A DNA stretch of 46,467 nucleotides. It comes from Corallochytrium limacisporum Hawaii. Taxonomy: Eukaryota > Protista > Pluriformea. The DNA is taken from contig PDIP01000097.1 of NCBI GenBank assembly GCA_002811645.1, positions 3,419-49,885 on the forward strand, in the 5' to 3' direction. Every line of letters starts with the position of its first letter. The stretch's first letter is position 1. Positions 9,094-19,383 of the stretch are shown here, piece after piece. Made by a program: the position numbers and the translations under genes. The notes beneath the pieces were generated by a model. It had not been told where the DNA came from and ran no database searches. It was given only the letters and a program-made list of their open reading frames with translations.

Positions 9094-11769
9094 ATGTACA
9101 GGGGAGAACGAAGACATAACAATGGAGGAAGATATGGTACCATAGACGACCGTCCAAAGACAATGCGAACCATACATTGGAGGGTACCGAAATGGGTGCC
9201 CTATCGTTACCGGGCGTTCTTTGTGCCGGCAATCGTGACTTCAATATTGCTCGTCTTCTGGGCGGGCCGCAGCAGCAGTGGTGGTCGTGGACTCGATACG
9301 CAGGACTATGATGGATATAGTCACCAGACGCAGTGTGGATGGCTGACCCGCATCTTGACTCTGGGTATTGGATGTTTTCTTTCGGGTAATGGTGACAGTA
9401 CAGTGTGGCGAGGACCCACAGAAGGAGAACGTGCCAGGTGGAGTGGACAGAATCTGTCCGAGCGGCCCGGAGAAGTATGGGACAAAGTTAGTCTTGGCAA
9501 ACCAGTACACAAAGGTCATTCCATTGCACTGGTCGTGTGTGGCTTGGAGCATGCCCCTTCTGGGAATTCAGACTATAACCTGTTTGCCCAAGTTGGAAGT
9601 CTGATCGAGCAAGGAGTCATGCCCCGAAACGGAAGTAAGGGCATTGGCAATATGACGCCAGTGGATGTAGTGGTGATACATTGCATGGATGAAAAGTCTT
9701 TTGTGCGCGACAATCTCAATGGACTGTCCTCTAGGGAAAAGATTGAGAACGGTCCATCCAGTAGTGGGTGGGAGTACCGAACACTGAAGGCCAAACTAGA
9801 CTCCTTGGGCGTTGTGCTGGTTAGCCTTCCCGATTTGCTTGGAAGAGACAAAACATGGGCCACGGTTCTAAACTTTGTGAGAGATGCCATGGAAAACCAT
9901 AGTGACTACGTACGCAACGTTTCTTACGATGGAAAGCAGGTGTTTGATCGGATGCACCACATATTGGCGATGACACCCGTGGACGTAGCGGAGACAATTT
10001 CTAACAGCGGAAGTTTGGGAGCCATAGCACCATTACTTCTAGATGAATATGATCAAGTCCTGTACATGAATTCAGGGACCATTGCCAGGGGTGACATCCG
10101 GGAGGCACATTTATTCTTTCAGCAAGGTACCCATGTGTCCGAATTTGCAATGCCGCCTCATGGACTCGACGACGAACACTACGGTAGTTCCATGTACGTG
10201 GCCAAACCATCGGTGGAGACATTTGCACAGTTCTGGTTGCTGTGTCTCATGAGAAGAGGCGGATCAAACATCTTGGACAATCGATCCCCACTGCGGTGGG
10301 AGACAGCCAGCCGTGCAGAATCGCAGAGATTCGGGTTTACAGACTTTGAGCGCATGGCTATTCTGCTGTTTGGCGGACGCAAAGGTGGAATCCAGGCGAA
10401 CAACCAACGGGCAGCAAATGGCCACAATTTGGAAGAAGACCACCGAATGAACTACAGCATGCGGCAGAATCTTGACATACCCAATCCAGAGGTTCTGATT
10501 CTGCCCATGACATATAACATTCGGGACAACAATATGTACCTTGCCATTCCAAGCAAAGATCAAAGGTTACTGAATTTTGCTCGGTCTCCTGCCCATCCTT
10601 GGGACTTTTTTATCAGGGGCACCCTGCGAGGAGTAGACGGCCGTTCTGTCATGCCCTGGCTGAATCATGAACAAGACACGGCTGCTCACACGATATCGAC
10701 TGAACATCGCTTGGAACCTGCAGGAGAGGAGACCATTCTGTGGATGCACCACTGGCGCAATGCTTACAATGTGGCGCGGCGAGAAAATTTCAGCCGAGGA
10801 TCTACGCAGTATCTGGAACCAAGGCCTTGGCGAAACGACTATCGCACGACAACGTTATGTGAGTCTGGAGACGGGCGTCCTTATACCACCAACGAATCGG
10901 AAGATGATTACCAGACAATTCATCCACTTGACCGTCTCAATCAACTTGATCAGAACCAGCTGGAACCCACCTCAAGCCACCGCACGGACGCAAAGACCAC
11001 TGTAATGATCAATGGCTTCAATCGCTGGTCTATTATGCGCCGTCTTTCGCTACACTACGGAAGCAGTCCTTATGTCGATCGAATTATCATCGTATGGCAC
11101 GACACGGACACAGAACCACCGGCTAATTTCTACAATGGCCTAGACCACCTTGACGTCTTCGTCACATTGCATGATTTTGATACGCTCAACAATCGCTATA
11201 ACCCACGCCCAGAGATCCGTACCACCAGCGTCGTCATTATCGACGACGACATTCTCGTTCCTCTCGATGACTTTGCACGTGCTTTCAAAGCTTGGCAAGC
11301 AAACCGTGACAGCCTCGTCGGTATCTTCCCGCGCGGACATGTCCGAAATGAAGATGGCACTTACGAGTACCTCTTTGAGGGTGCTGATTATTCAATAATT
11401 CTCACCAAATTTGCATTTGCAAAGACGGAATATCTCTACTACTACACCTGCCTACTTCCAGACGCTGTACATGAGCTTGTGGACGAAGGCATGAATTGCG
11501 AAGACCTGGCCTTCCAGATGATGATCAGTGGTGCCACGGGATCCAGCCCAGTGGCAGTGTCGGGCTCTGCAATCGACTTCGGTAGTGCTAAGGGTATTTC
11601 CAGTAAGTTCGGCCACTACAACGTACGTCCGGCGTGCTTGCAGACCTTGTCCAAGATATTTGGGGGAATGCCATTGCAGAGGAACGCATTGATGTATGCG
11701 GACTTCAAGGACATTCCGTTCGAGCACATAGCCGAGGATGAATACGACTGGTCAAAGATTGATCCGTGA
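9094..11769 (+). CDS. Type II membrane glycosyltransferase: degenerate GT8-like domain plus GT64 (exostosin/EXTL2-like) domain
   Basis: N-terminal TM (FFVPAIVTSILLVFWAG). GT64 motifs IIIVW, TLNNRY.P...IRT..V.IIDDD, VGIFPRGH, YSIILTK, NCEDL, H...R..CL. Middle region has a GT8-like pattern (YDQVLYM, VAKPS, LPMTYN, HPW). ATG at 9094; the track start is GTG. Confidence 0.85.
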   Translation: MYRGERRHNNGGRYGTIDDRPKTMRTIHWRVPKWVPYRYRAFFVPAIVTSILLVFWAGRSSSGGRGLDTQDYDGYSHQTQCGWLTRILTLGIGCFLSGNGDSTVWRGPTEGERARWSGQNLSERPGEVWDKVSLGKPVHKGHSIALVVCGLEHAPSGNSDYNLFAQVGSLIEQGVMPRNGSKGIGNMTPVDVVVIHCMDEKSFVRDNLNGLSSREKIENGPSSSGWEYRTLKAKLDSLGVVLVSLPDLLGRDKTWATVLNFVRDAMENHSDYVRNVSYDGKQVFDRMHHILAMTPVDVAETISNSGSLGAIAPLLLDEYDQVLYMNSGTIARGDIREAHLFFQQGTHVSEFAMPPHGLDDEHYGSSMYVAKPSVETFAQFWLLCLMRRGGSNILDNRSPLRWETASRAESQRFGFTDFERMAILLFGGRKGGIQANNQRAANGHNLEEDHRMNYSMRQNLDIPNPEVLILPMTYNIRDNNMYLAIPSKDQRLLNFARSPAHPWDFFIRGTLRGVDGRSVMPWLNHEQDTAAHTISTEHRLEPAGEETILWMHHWRNAYNVARRENFSRGSTQYLEPRPWRNDYRTTTLCESGDGRPYTTNESEDDYQTIHPLDRLNQLDQNQLEPTSSHRTDAKTTVMINGFNRWSIMRRLSLHYGSSPYVDRIIIVWHDTDTEPPANFYNGLDHLDVFVTLHDFDTLNNRYNPRPEIRTTSVVIIDDDILVPLDDFARAFKAWQANRDSLVGIFPRGHVRNEDGTYEYLFEGADYSIILTKFAFAKTEYLYYYTCLLPDAVHELVDEGMNCEDLAFQMMISGATGSSPVAVSGSAIDFGSAKGISSKFGHYNVRPACLQTLSKIFGGMPLQRNALMYADFKDIPFEHIAEDEYDWSKIDP

Positions 11770-11871
11770 GGTGCGTGAACTACACCTTGGAACGGATTGC
11801 TTAAAGAAGAAACGTGTAACTATGTAATCGTCTAATGACTCAGGCTTGTTTTGTGGGTTCGGTTTTCCATT

Positions 11872-12804
11872 TCACTGCTCCAGGAACTGTCGCATGCTTT
11901 CAAGCTGTTTCTGGAGACGCTCGACCCGCTCGCGTGCTTTTGCCTTGTCCTGGTCCGTAAGGTTCGGCTCCTTGGTGTCTGGTGCATTTATGTCAAACGG
12001 TAGAGTGATTTCCATATCGTCTAGGTTCAGCCGCAGGCCTCTGTCCTCCACCGCAACAATAGAAGGACGGGCACTGTCAAAGTCCAGACGAATTGGTGAT
12101 CCGGAGGCCGACATCACACTCTCACCGGCACGCAGAGGTCGTCCACAGGCAGGCGTGGTGGGTAGGCGTGAGTCGAAGAGTAGTGGTGTGAAGCCCGTAT
12201 CAACCTCTGGCGCGTCATGGAATGCTGGTGTCTCTGCAGCAACGCTCCGTTGCAGGCGGGTACTGCGGCGGACCGTAGATGGTGGTGCCTCAGTATGCCC
12301 TGTTTTGGGGCGACCGGCTGGCTTCTTCACTGTGGCGGGCTCCTCGTCCTCGAAGTCCACAATGACAGACTCTTCAGCTGCGGCTCCTGCCGATCGGCTG
12401 GGTTTCTTGACCGTTACCGGCTCCTCGCAATCCATTGCGGTAGTCTCTGGAGTGCTGTGTTTCAGTTTTCTGCTCCCAGGAGCCTTCTTGATCACCGTGG
12501 CCGGTGTCTCGTCCTCAGCTGCCCCGGAGTTGGCCTGTGGTAACGATGCCGCCTGCTTAGTGGTGACCGTTGCCCTTGCCATCAATTCTGTAAACTTCAT
12601 GAGCAGGATCTCCTCGGGAATATTTTTGAGTTCCGCCTCAAACTCATTGCGAAGCCTCACGACAGCTGTCTGTGCTTGGTCATCCATTCTCCGCAGAATC
12701 TCGTTGATTGTCTCTTCGTATTCTTCCCGCGTAGAAGGCATAGCAGCAGTGGCTTTAGAGGCAGTACGCCTTTGTGTAGGTGGCTTTCTTACGGTTGCCG
12801 GCAT
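11872..12804 (-). CDS. CDCA8: Borealin (chromosomal passenger complex subunit)
   Basis: N-terminal Nbl1/Borealin helix (ELKNIPEEILLMKFTEL) and C-terminal FTP..FDSRLPTTP..RPLRAGESVMSASGSPI signature. Confidence 0.8.
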   Translation of the reverse strand: MPATVRKPPTQRRTASKATAAMPSTREEYEETINEILRRMDDQAQTAVVRLRNEFEAELKNIPEEILLMKFTELMARATVTTKQAASLPQANSGAAEDETPATVIKKAPGSRKLKHSTPETTAMDCEEPVTVKKPSRSAGAAAEESVIVDFEDEEPATVKKPAGRPKTGHTEAPPSTVRRSTRLQRSVAAETPAFHDAPEVDTGFTPLLFDSRLPTTPACGRPLRAGESVMSASGSPIRLDFDSARPSIVAVEDRGLRLNLDDMEITLPFDINAPDTKEPNLTDQDKAKARERVERLQKQLESMRQFLEQ

Positions 12805-13401
12805 GTTCCTTGGAGCTTGTGCTGTGTCGCTATTATATTCGTGTTCCTGAAATTCCAGATACTGTCAAAGATGGGTCCCGGTGAGAATTCGTTGAATACT
12901 TTATTCTATTCACGTCTTCCTTCCCATACAATGGTTAGCTATTTGTGTTAATGACCTTTTTTCATACCAAGAAGATGGTTCTTACCGAAAAGAAATGACA
13001 TTGGCAACCCTTGGCGACCCGAACAATGGCCGTGCATGGGTTACATTTTGTCCGTGTCTCAGCCCTGTCTCCCCGTCCCCGCTCCCACTCTCTCATTGCT
13101 AAGCGTATCACTTCGAAGTTTTGGCGCGCTTGGTCCAAGCTCGGCTGTTTTCATTCGGGGGCCTACTTTCAAGCCCCAAAGTGCACTGCTAAAAGGGGGT
13201 CTCACTGAACACGCACGGACGGCCAGGCGGGATCATGCACTCGTGCAAAAAATGTCGAAGGTTCTTGAAGTAGATTTGCTCCCAACGTAACAATTTTCTG
13301 ATGGACAAGAGATTGAGTGTGTTAAATGAAACCACAAACAGGATGATTGGGTCATAGTAGCTCTTAGCTCCATCTGGACTGATCAGCTGCAGTGACCGGC
13401 C

Positions 13402-16400
13402 ATGGGATCTGGGTCTCTATCTGACTTCAAAAGTCGGGTGTCGCACCTGTCACAGCTCGTACCGGATATAAGATACAGGGCCATATCATGGCTGAAAAAG
13501 GATATGCTGAGCCACCTTTCAGAGAATGAGAACAAATTCAATGAAAGGTGGGCCATAGTTACTGGGGCGGTCGCGGATATTGAGAGCGTGTGCCACTCTC
13601 AGGCAATTTGCAAATTGCTTACAGATGTTTTGAGTGATTCTGCTGAGTGTCAAATATCCACTACCGCTGTGGGACAGGCCACTGATGCTCTCACTGTTGC
13701 ATACAAAACAGATGAAGTGGAGCACCTGGTCCCCGTGATCAAGACGATTCTCTTCATAGACAGTTTGCGGTATGAAGACAACTCATTGGAAAATTGTGTT
13801 CGGAATGGATCACTGCCCAATTGGCCATCCCTGTGGACTGTATTCACCAAAAGATCTGGAGCAGTAGGAACTGCTCTTGCTGTGATTGAAGATGTTCTAT
13901 TGCGACAACAGGTAATCCCTGTCCTGTGGAAACAGCAATGGCTGCAACAATTTTTCGTTTGGGAACTGCATCGGGTGGCATACTCGAATGCCATGCCTGT
14001 TTACCAAGCCACTGAATTAATGAGTTTGCTGATGAAGTTTTGTCGGGACAATGTTCTTCAAGATTCTCTGTTGCAATTGTGGGTGACTTTTCTGTCCTCG
14101 ACCCCATCTCGAATGGATGAACGTCACAGTTTGCGTCCCTTTGACGAACAATTGCAGTTAAAGCGATCAACTCTACAGCAAACTTCCAGCAGGCGACTGG
14201 ATAATTTAATGCTACAGCAATGTCTCATAGAGCGATCCTTAACGAAAAGGTATTTAGTCATGGGATCGCTGCTTCGGCGGCGGGATTGGAATAGTGATGT
14301 TCATCCATTGGTGTACACGGCACTAATATGGTCAATTATGGAGTCGTACGTCCACACCCAGGACGTACAAGGTGGTCTAATTGAAGTGTTCTTGGAGCGG
14401 ATCCAACCCCTGAGTAATGGCACGCTGGCAAAGAAACCGTGGATGACGAGCGTGCTTCACGCAACCATTGCGCCTTTGCTTGTTTGTATGGAGAGCGTGA
14501 CTGGCAGAGAACACCTGGACAATGAAATTGGAAGAGCGTTGGAGGCAGTCATGGATGCTGTTCAGCGTGTAGACGAACCATCAAATGTATGCCTTGAGAC
14601 ATACGACCAAGACCTACTAGATCCACTGCGTGCTTGTGTTTTGAATGGCATTTTCGGTGACCCCGATGCCTTTGTAAGGCCTTCCGTATTGAAGCCATTC
14701 ACCGAGGAACAGTGGTCAATGTTGCTCTTAGTAGTCTTTCCTCGCTATCTGAAAGTCTGTGTTGCAGATGGTAAATTCCGGAAGGACTTTGTGAAAAGGT
14801 GCATAAAGCAATGCGCTCAAGGGCTTTGCTCTGCCAGTGCGGAGCATTTGCTCGTCCCTTGGACAACAACCATGATAGGTTTGATGAGAAGCGAGCCGAA
14901 AACGGTGAAGGCACTGCTGGAGGCCATTGTGGAAACTACATCGTTATATTCACATATGGTCTCGATCTCCTCTGTGCACAAACTGATCTTGGCGGCTACA
15001 TCGGATTGGCGGTTGAGATATACTTATCGAACCAAACTCTTGACAACACTGCAAAAAGTCCAGCATGGTTCATTCTACTTAAGGCAGCGTGATGTTGTAA
15101 TGGACAGTCTCAAACAAGAGCCGGGCTACCCACAGGAGGCTGTGATCCTTGCCCACTGCGTAGATTCTCTTTGTAAGCTGGACCCCGAGCGGTATGGTCC
15201 ATTGTGTTTGCCAACAATGACTGGTGCATGGGTGGGATCGGCTCCTTCTACTGCAGTAACGTATATTTTGACCTCCTTGAGTAGGCTATGTCTGCAGGGG
15301 ATCATTGACTACCAGTCGACTCTGTCATTTGCACATACTTGTACCACCCGATTCTTACCAACAGCTCACAGTTCTCCATCCCATCAGGATCTTTTGTGTG
15401 TGAAAGTGTACTGTCGGCTGCTTGCGGAGGGGGCGTGCTGGTTTTGGGAATCGGGAAATGGAAAAGCCGTGGCTGACTGTGTCAGTCGACTGCTGAAGAT
15501 TGGTACTCCAGCAAGTGAGGTTGATATATCTGGGGTGGCTGCGGTAGCTGCTTCACTCGCTGTTCTAGACGATGAGCAGGTCTATGGATCTGTGTTTGCA
15601 GAAGAAGAGGAAGAAGCTGATTCTTGGAAAAACTCCATTCAGCTGCGCTTGCAGGCCGAAATTGATGTTTGGTCCGCCAAGGCAATCGATCAGATCCAGG
15701 AGAGACAAGAAAGTGCATCTCGGATGGCAGCAATTGATGCCTATGCCAACATTACATATATGCGGCTCCGAAGAGAAAGCAAGCTTCGCGGTGGTTCAAA
15801 TCGTATGATGGGGCTTAGAGAGCAAGCTTCAAGAAATCATGAGGCGGATACCGCAATTAGGAAACTGCGTCACGCAATGGATGGAGATCGGCTGCGTCGG
15901 ATACCAGGCACCCGACCGTATGTAGCAGGGGTTCATCTCATGTGCATTTCTGCCACTTTCGTTCAAAATCAGGTACAGGATAAGGGTGGGAAGACTGCAC
16001 GGGCGAATCTGGAAGCTTCCATCCGTTCAGCTGCCGCTGATCTCGCCCAACTGGATCTTCGAATACTTGATTTCTGGCCTGCATTTGCATACTATGACGC
16101 ACTCTCGTGCGCGTTTCAGCTCTGGGAGCCGCTGGTTCCCAAAGACGAAGATGTCTCTGGAGCATGGTCCAACTTATTTAGATCTGATGATGGCATTGCC
16201 CATGCAGTGGCTATGGAACTCGGCTGGGCAGTGACCACGAATCGAAAAAGCGAGTCAGTGACAGTCGTTGAGCAGGTTCATAATATCATCAACATGCTTG
16301 CAGACAGCTCCACCCCGTCTGAGACCATCGGATTGTCAGTGTGCCTTGCACGATTTAGTCGATGGATTGGAGACGGCGATGTCACGACCGTTTTGAAGAT

Positions 16401-18432
16401 CTGGAACGCGCTCGCCATACAAAGTGAACTGTCGCACAAGCAGGCGCTGGTTTTGTGTTGGGTGTGTCGTGGCATCCTAATGAGGACCTTGGGTGCCTTC
16501 TCGCAGGTGTCTGAAAGGGATATGTCTCCAATTAAGGAAGTGCTTCAAAGTCTACCGGGCGATAACTCTTCGACCCTTTGTAGGCCAATTTCAATAGGGC
16601 TTTGGATGTCTGGATCTCAACAACACGCTGAGCATGCGTTTGTATTGGAGGCCATCTCAGAATGGTATCAAAAAATTGGATCTGTGCTCCCTGACAAAGA
16701 TGGAAACATTATTCTCCCGAGCACTTCTGACATGGCAAATTTCTGTTTAGGACAGTTGCCACAGCCGGCCAACGATCCCATAGTGGTCGCCTTCAAAGTC
16801 CGCAAGAGTCTTCTCGATGGTGACATTCGCACAGCAGAAGCGGATGTCGATGCGTTTCTAACAGCCGTTAAAGAATCTACAACGGAAAAGGCATTTGCAG
16901 GCTACTGTGCCTTGATTGGTACTCATCCTTTCAGTCTCTGCATCACAAATACTGTTGGCGTAAGGGAATTGTTGGTTGACGAATCAAGTGCACTCTTCAA
17001 AGCTACTATCGACGGTGTGAGATTTATTATCAATGTCTTGACAGATGCTGAAGACATCTCCATCCTTGGTCCCGTTGTTTGGATAGCGGGCTCGCTTCTG
17101 CGTGACTACGATGAAGTGGCAACGGCTAGCGCTTATAGTGTGGCAACCGCAGCCAGCAAACGTCCCAAGAACTGGAATTATCTTCCAAAGTCTGGCTATT
17201 GCAAAGTACACCGCCAGTTCATGGAGTCTGTTAGTTATGCCAGTGATCCATTGTTCACAAATCGATTACTGCAGCTCTTTGCTCAGGACACCCTTGAGTA
17301 TCCACCAATCGATTGGTCTCCTACAGTGCGATCATTCATGCGCACGCCGAGCACTGAAGGCAGCCAAGCTGCCCTACAGACATTCTTGACCTACCATGGG
17401 TTGAAGCGGAAGGATCGATCATTGAATGAGGCTATGCGTGGAACTGACAAGCAGATGTTGACATGGGTGTCAAATCCCGTGCTCAAGCACACAGTAATAT
17501 CTTGCCAGCTGCTCTTGGACTTTGGTTTCGCAATGAGGCAGCCAGCCAATTGGCGGCATATTCTCATCGAAAAGGCACCACCCAGCCTGCAGGTCATGCA
17601 GTCGTTCGCTCAAGGATTTGAATCCGTCCCCGAGGGCACGAAGTGGCTCAACGATATGATTGAACACACCGGTTCTGCTCTGCTTCGTTCAATTTGTGCA
17701 GCTGTACCCATCAACGACATCAAGTATATGAGTGCTGGATACTTTACGGAGGCTGCGATCGCTTTGATGTCCGTCGACATATCCAAACTACAAATGATGA
17801 ATCTGTTACTGGCTAGCACTCTGGCAGACGATGATCGACCATTGGTGTCTCTAAAGCTGGCGTTGCTCACTTTGTGCTACGCCATGGCCTGTAAAACAAC
17901 TGCATATTTTCAGAAGGCACTTGCAGCAGTTTTGACTACCATGGATCCGGCTCTGGATTACAACGAGAGGCTGTCCGCGAGGATCGTGAATGTACTGTTA
18001 GAGGTGTTCAGTGAACTATCAGAAACTCCCGAACGATCTCAGCTAGCCTTGCAGATCGTCGAACACGCACGTTTGTCCTCGTCATCAGACACTGATGGCC
18101 TCTACCGGCGATACATTTGCGCCAGCCTGATTCTGGCCCTCTATGGACAAGTGAACCTGATTTCAAGCGACATCGGAATGAGTGAAGCCATCAGTGTTCA
18201 TGAACGACTCACGAGAACGCTGGACTCGCAGCATATTTCCCAGTCACCTCCCGCTGCAGTGACGCTCTTTGCTAAAGAACCAGGGATCCGATGGGAAGCC
18301 TACATGATGGCCAGCATGGAACAAGATGATAGGGGAGGAAAACTTGCCGAGCTCTACCTCGAGACTGCAGGATTGGAACACCTGTCCCCGTTCCGGATCC
18401 AAACAAGCATAGATGTGTATCAAACCAAATGA
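13402..18432 (+). CDS. FOCAD: Focadhesin/RST1-like helical-repeat protein
   Basis: 1676-aa Leu-rich helical protein. LSRLCLQGIIDYQST, PKNWNYLPKS and YPPIDWS..RSFMR resemble the focadhesin blocks LC..EVV..RSTW, P.DYSYLP.S and YPPVNW...LMR as recalled. Confidence 0.7.
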   Translation: MGSGSLSDFKSRVSHLSQLVPDIRYRAISWLKKDMLSHLSENENKFNERWAIVTGAVADIESVCHSQAICKLLTDVLSDSAECQISTTAVGQATDALTVAYKTDEVEHLVPVIKTILFIDSLRYEDNSLENCVRNGSLPNWPSLWTVFTKRSGAVGTALAVIEDVLLRQQVIPVLWKQQWLQQFFVWELHRVAYSNAMPVYQATELMSLLMKFCRDNVLQDSLLQLWVTFLSSTPSRMDERHSLRPFDEQLQLKRSTLQQTSSRRLDNLMLQQCLIERSLTKRYLVMGSLLRRRDWNSDVHPLVYTALIWSIMESYVHTQDVQGGLIEVFLERIQPLSNGTLAKKPWMTSVLHATIAPLLVCMESVTGREHLDNEIGRALEAVMDAVQRVDEPSNVCLETYDQDLLDPLRACVLNGIFGDPDAFVRPSVLKPFTEEQWSMLLLVVFPRYLKVCVADGKFRKDFVKRCIKQCAQGLCSASAEHLLVPWTTTMIGLMRSEPKTVKALLEAIVETTSLYSHMVSISSVHKLILAATSDWRLRYTYRTKLLTTLQKVQHGSFYLRQRDVVMDSLKQEPGYPQEAVILAHCVDSLCKLDPERYGPLCLPTMTGAWVGSAPSTAVTYILTSLSRLCLQGIIDYQSTLSFAHTCTTRFLPTAHSSPSHQDLLCVKVYCRLLAEGACWFWESGNGKAVADCVSRLLKIGTPASEVDISGVAAVAASLAVLDDEQVYGSVFAEEEEEADSWKNSIQLRLQAEIDVWSAKAIDQIQERQESASRMAAIDAYANITYMRLRRESKLRGGSNRMMGLREQASRNHEADTAIRKLRHAMDGDRLRRIPGTRPYVAGVHLMCISATFVQNQVQDKGGKTARANLEASIRSAAADLAQLDLRILDFWPAFAYYDALSCAFQLWEPLVPKDEDVSGAWSNLFRSDDGIAHAVAMELGWAVTTNRKSESVTVVEQVHNIINMLADSSTPSETIGLSVCLARFSRWIGDGDVTTVLKIWNALAIQSELSHKQALVLCWVCRGILMRTLGAFSQVSERDMSPIKEVLQSLPGDNSSTLCRPISIGLWMSGSQQHAEHAFVLEAISEWYQKIGSVLPDKDGNIILPSTSDMANFCLGQLPQPANDPIVVAFKVRKSLLDGDIRTAEADVDAFLTAVKESTTEKAFAGYCALIGTHPFSLCITNTVGVRELLVDESSALFKATIDGVRFIINVLTDAEDISILGPVVWIAGSLLRDYDEVATASAYSVATAASKRPKNWNYLPKSGYCKVHRQFMESVSYASDPLFTNRLLQLFAQDTLEYPPIDWSPTVRSFMRTPSTEGSQAALQTFLTYHGLKRKDRSLNEAMRGTDKQMLTWVSNPVLKHTVISCQLLLDFGFAMRQPANWRHILIEKAPPSLQVMQSFAQGFESVPEGTKWLNDMIEHTGSALLRSICAAVPINDIKYMSAGYFTEAAIALMSVDISKLQMMNLLLASTLADDDRPLVSLKLALLTLCYAMACKTTAYFQKALAAVLTTMDPALDYNERLSARIVNVLLEVFSELSETPERSQLALQIVEHARLSSSSDTDGLYRRYICASLILALYGQVNLISSDIGMSEAISVHERLTRTLDSQHISQSPPAAVTLFAKEPGIRWEAYMMASMEQDDRGGKLAELYLETAGLEHLSPFRIQTSIDVYQTK

Positions 18433-18481
18433 ATCATACATCAATAATGTAACATGAAAGATGAATTCTGAAGTATCCTTT

Positions 18482-18955
18482 TCAATTTACTCTAATGGCG
18501 AGACTCAGTGTTGCTGTGAAGAGCACCATGCCCCATACAAAGTCCACGAACGCCAACCAAGACGGGTATTTCGAAAAGATTGCGGCCACTGTGCCCGAGT
18601 AGACACCGTAGGAGGCAAACCCTAAGGTCAACCCAGCGTACACAGCCAATTTAGGTCTATCCAACGGTGGCACAAAGCGCATCAACAGTTCAGTTGCCAC
18701 TGCGGTCTGGAAAATGAGACAAACGTACGGGAAGAGCACCCAACCAATACGAACATCCAAGGGAACCCCCCGTTGGATACTCTGCACCGCTGACCGGTAG
18801 TTTCCAATATTCACGCCGATCCAGGTGGCATCTAGTACAATCATTAGCATCGACGAAGCCAGTGTACGTTTGGCAATCTGGGTCTTGGATGACGGTGAAT
18901 AGTGTGCAATAATCATGTGATCACTGCCGTCATCACTGAGGTCGTCGTCAGCCAT
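18482..18955 (-). CDS. DUF2177-family small membrane protein
   Basis: LDATWI...Y...IQ...Y..L...GLTLGFASYGVY..T..AIF..YP...AFVDFVWG pattern with 4 TM segments. Start chosen at gccATGg (18955); an in-frame ATG at 19054 is an alternative. Confidence 0.8.
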   Translation of the reverse strand: MADDDLSDDGSDHMIIAHYSPSSKTQIAKRTLASSMLMIVLDATWIGVNIGNYRSAVQSIQRGVPLDVRIGWVLFPYVCLIFQTAVATELLMRFVPPLDRPKLAVYAGLTLGFASYGVYSGTVAAIFSKYPSWLAFVDFVWGMVLFTATLSLAIRVN

Positions 18956-19340
18956 GGCAATGGACTGTAAAGAAGTAAGTTCCCATACCCCGCAGTAAGC
19001 AAGGTCATGACATACTGAAATGAGTAGCTCGTGTGTGTCTTTGATCATTTCCATGTAAATAGGTCTAGGCAGCCATAATCGTCGGAGCACCCCTCAATGA
19101 CTAATTAGATGAATACGACACCACCAGGTCGGTGGTACCAACAGTAAGGCCGCCGAGTCCCTACGGGCACGATCCGTCGCAAATGCACCCCCCCTCTCCC
19201 ACCTTCCTTCCCCCGGCCTGTTTCTCTACTTTTCGCCGGATCGGCGCAGGTCCACCAAGATGCGTCATCATTGGCCCCCGGTCGGTGGGAGGGTAGGACA
19301 GATCGAAACGGTCGGGTCCGCCCATTTTTCCAGTGCGATA

Positions 19341-19383
19341 AAAATAGACTCCCTTTCACGGGTACATAAAATAGACTCCCTTT
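19341..19383 (+). repeat. Perfect 16-bp direct repeat AAAATAGACTCCCTTT, two copies
   Basis: Copies at 19341-19356 and 19368-19383. Confidence 0.9.
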
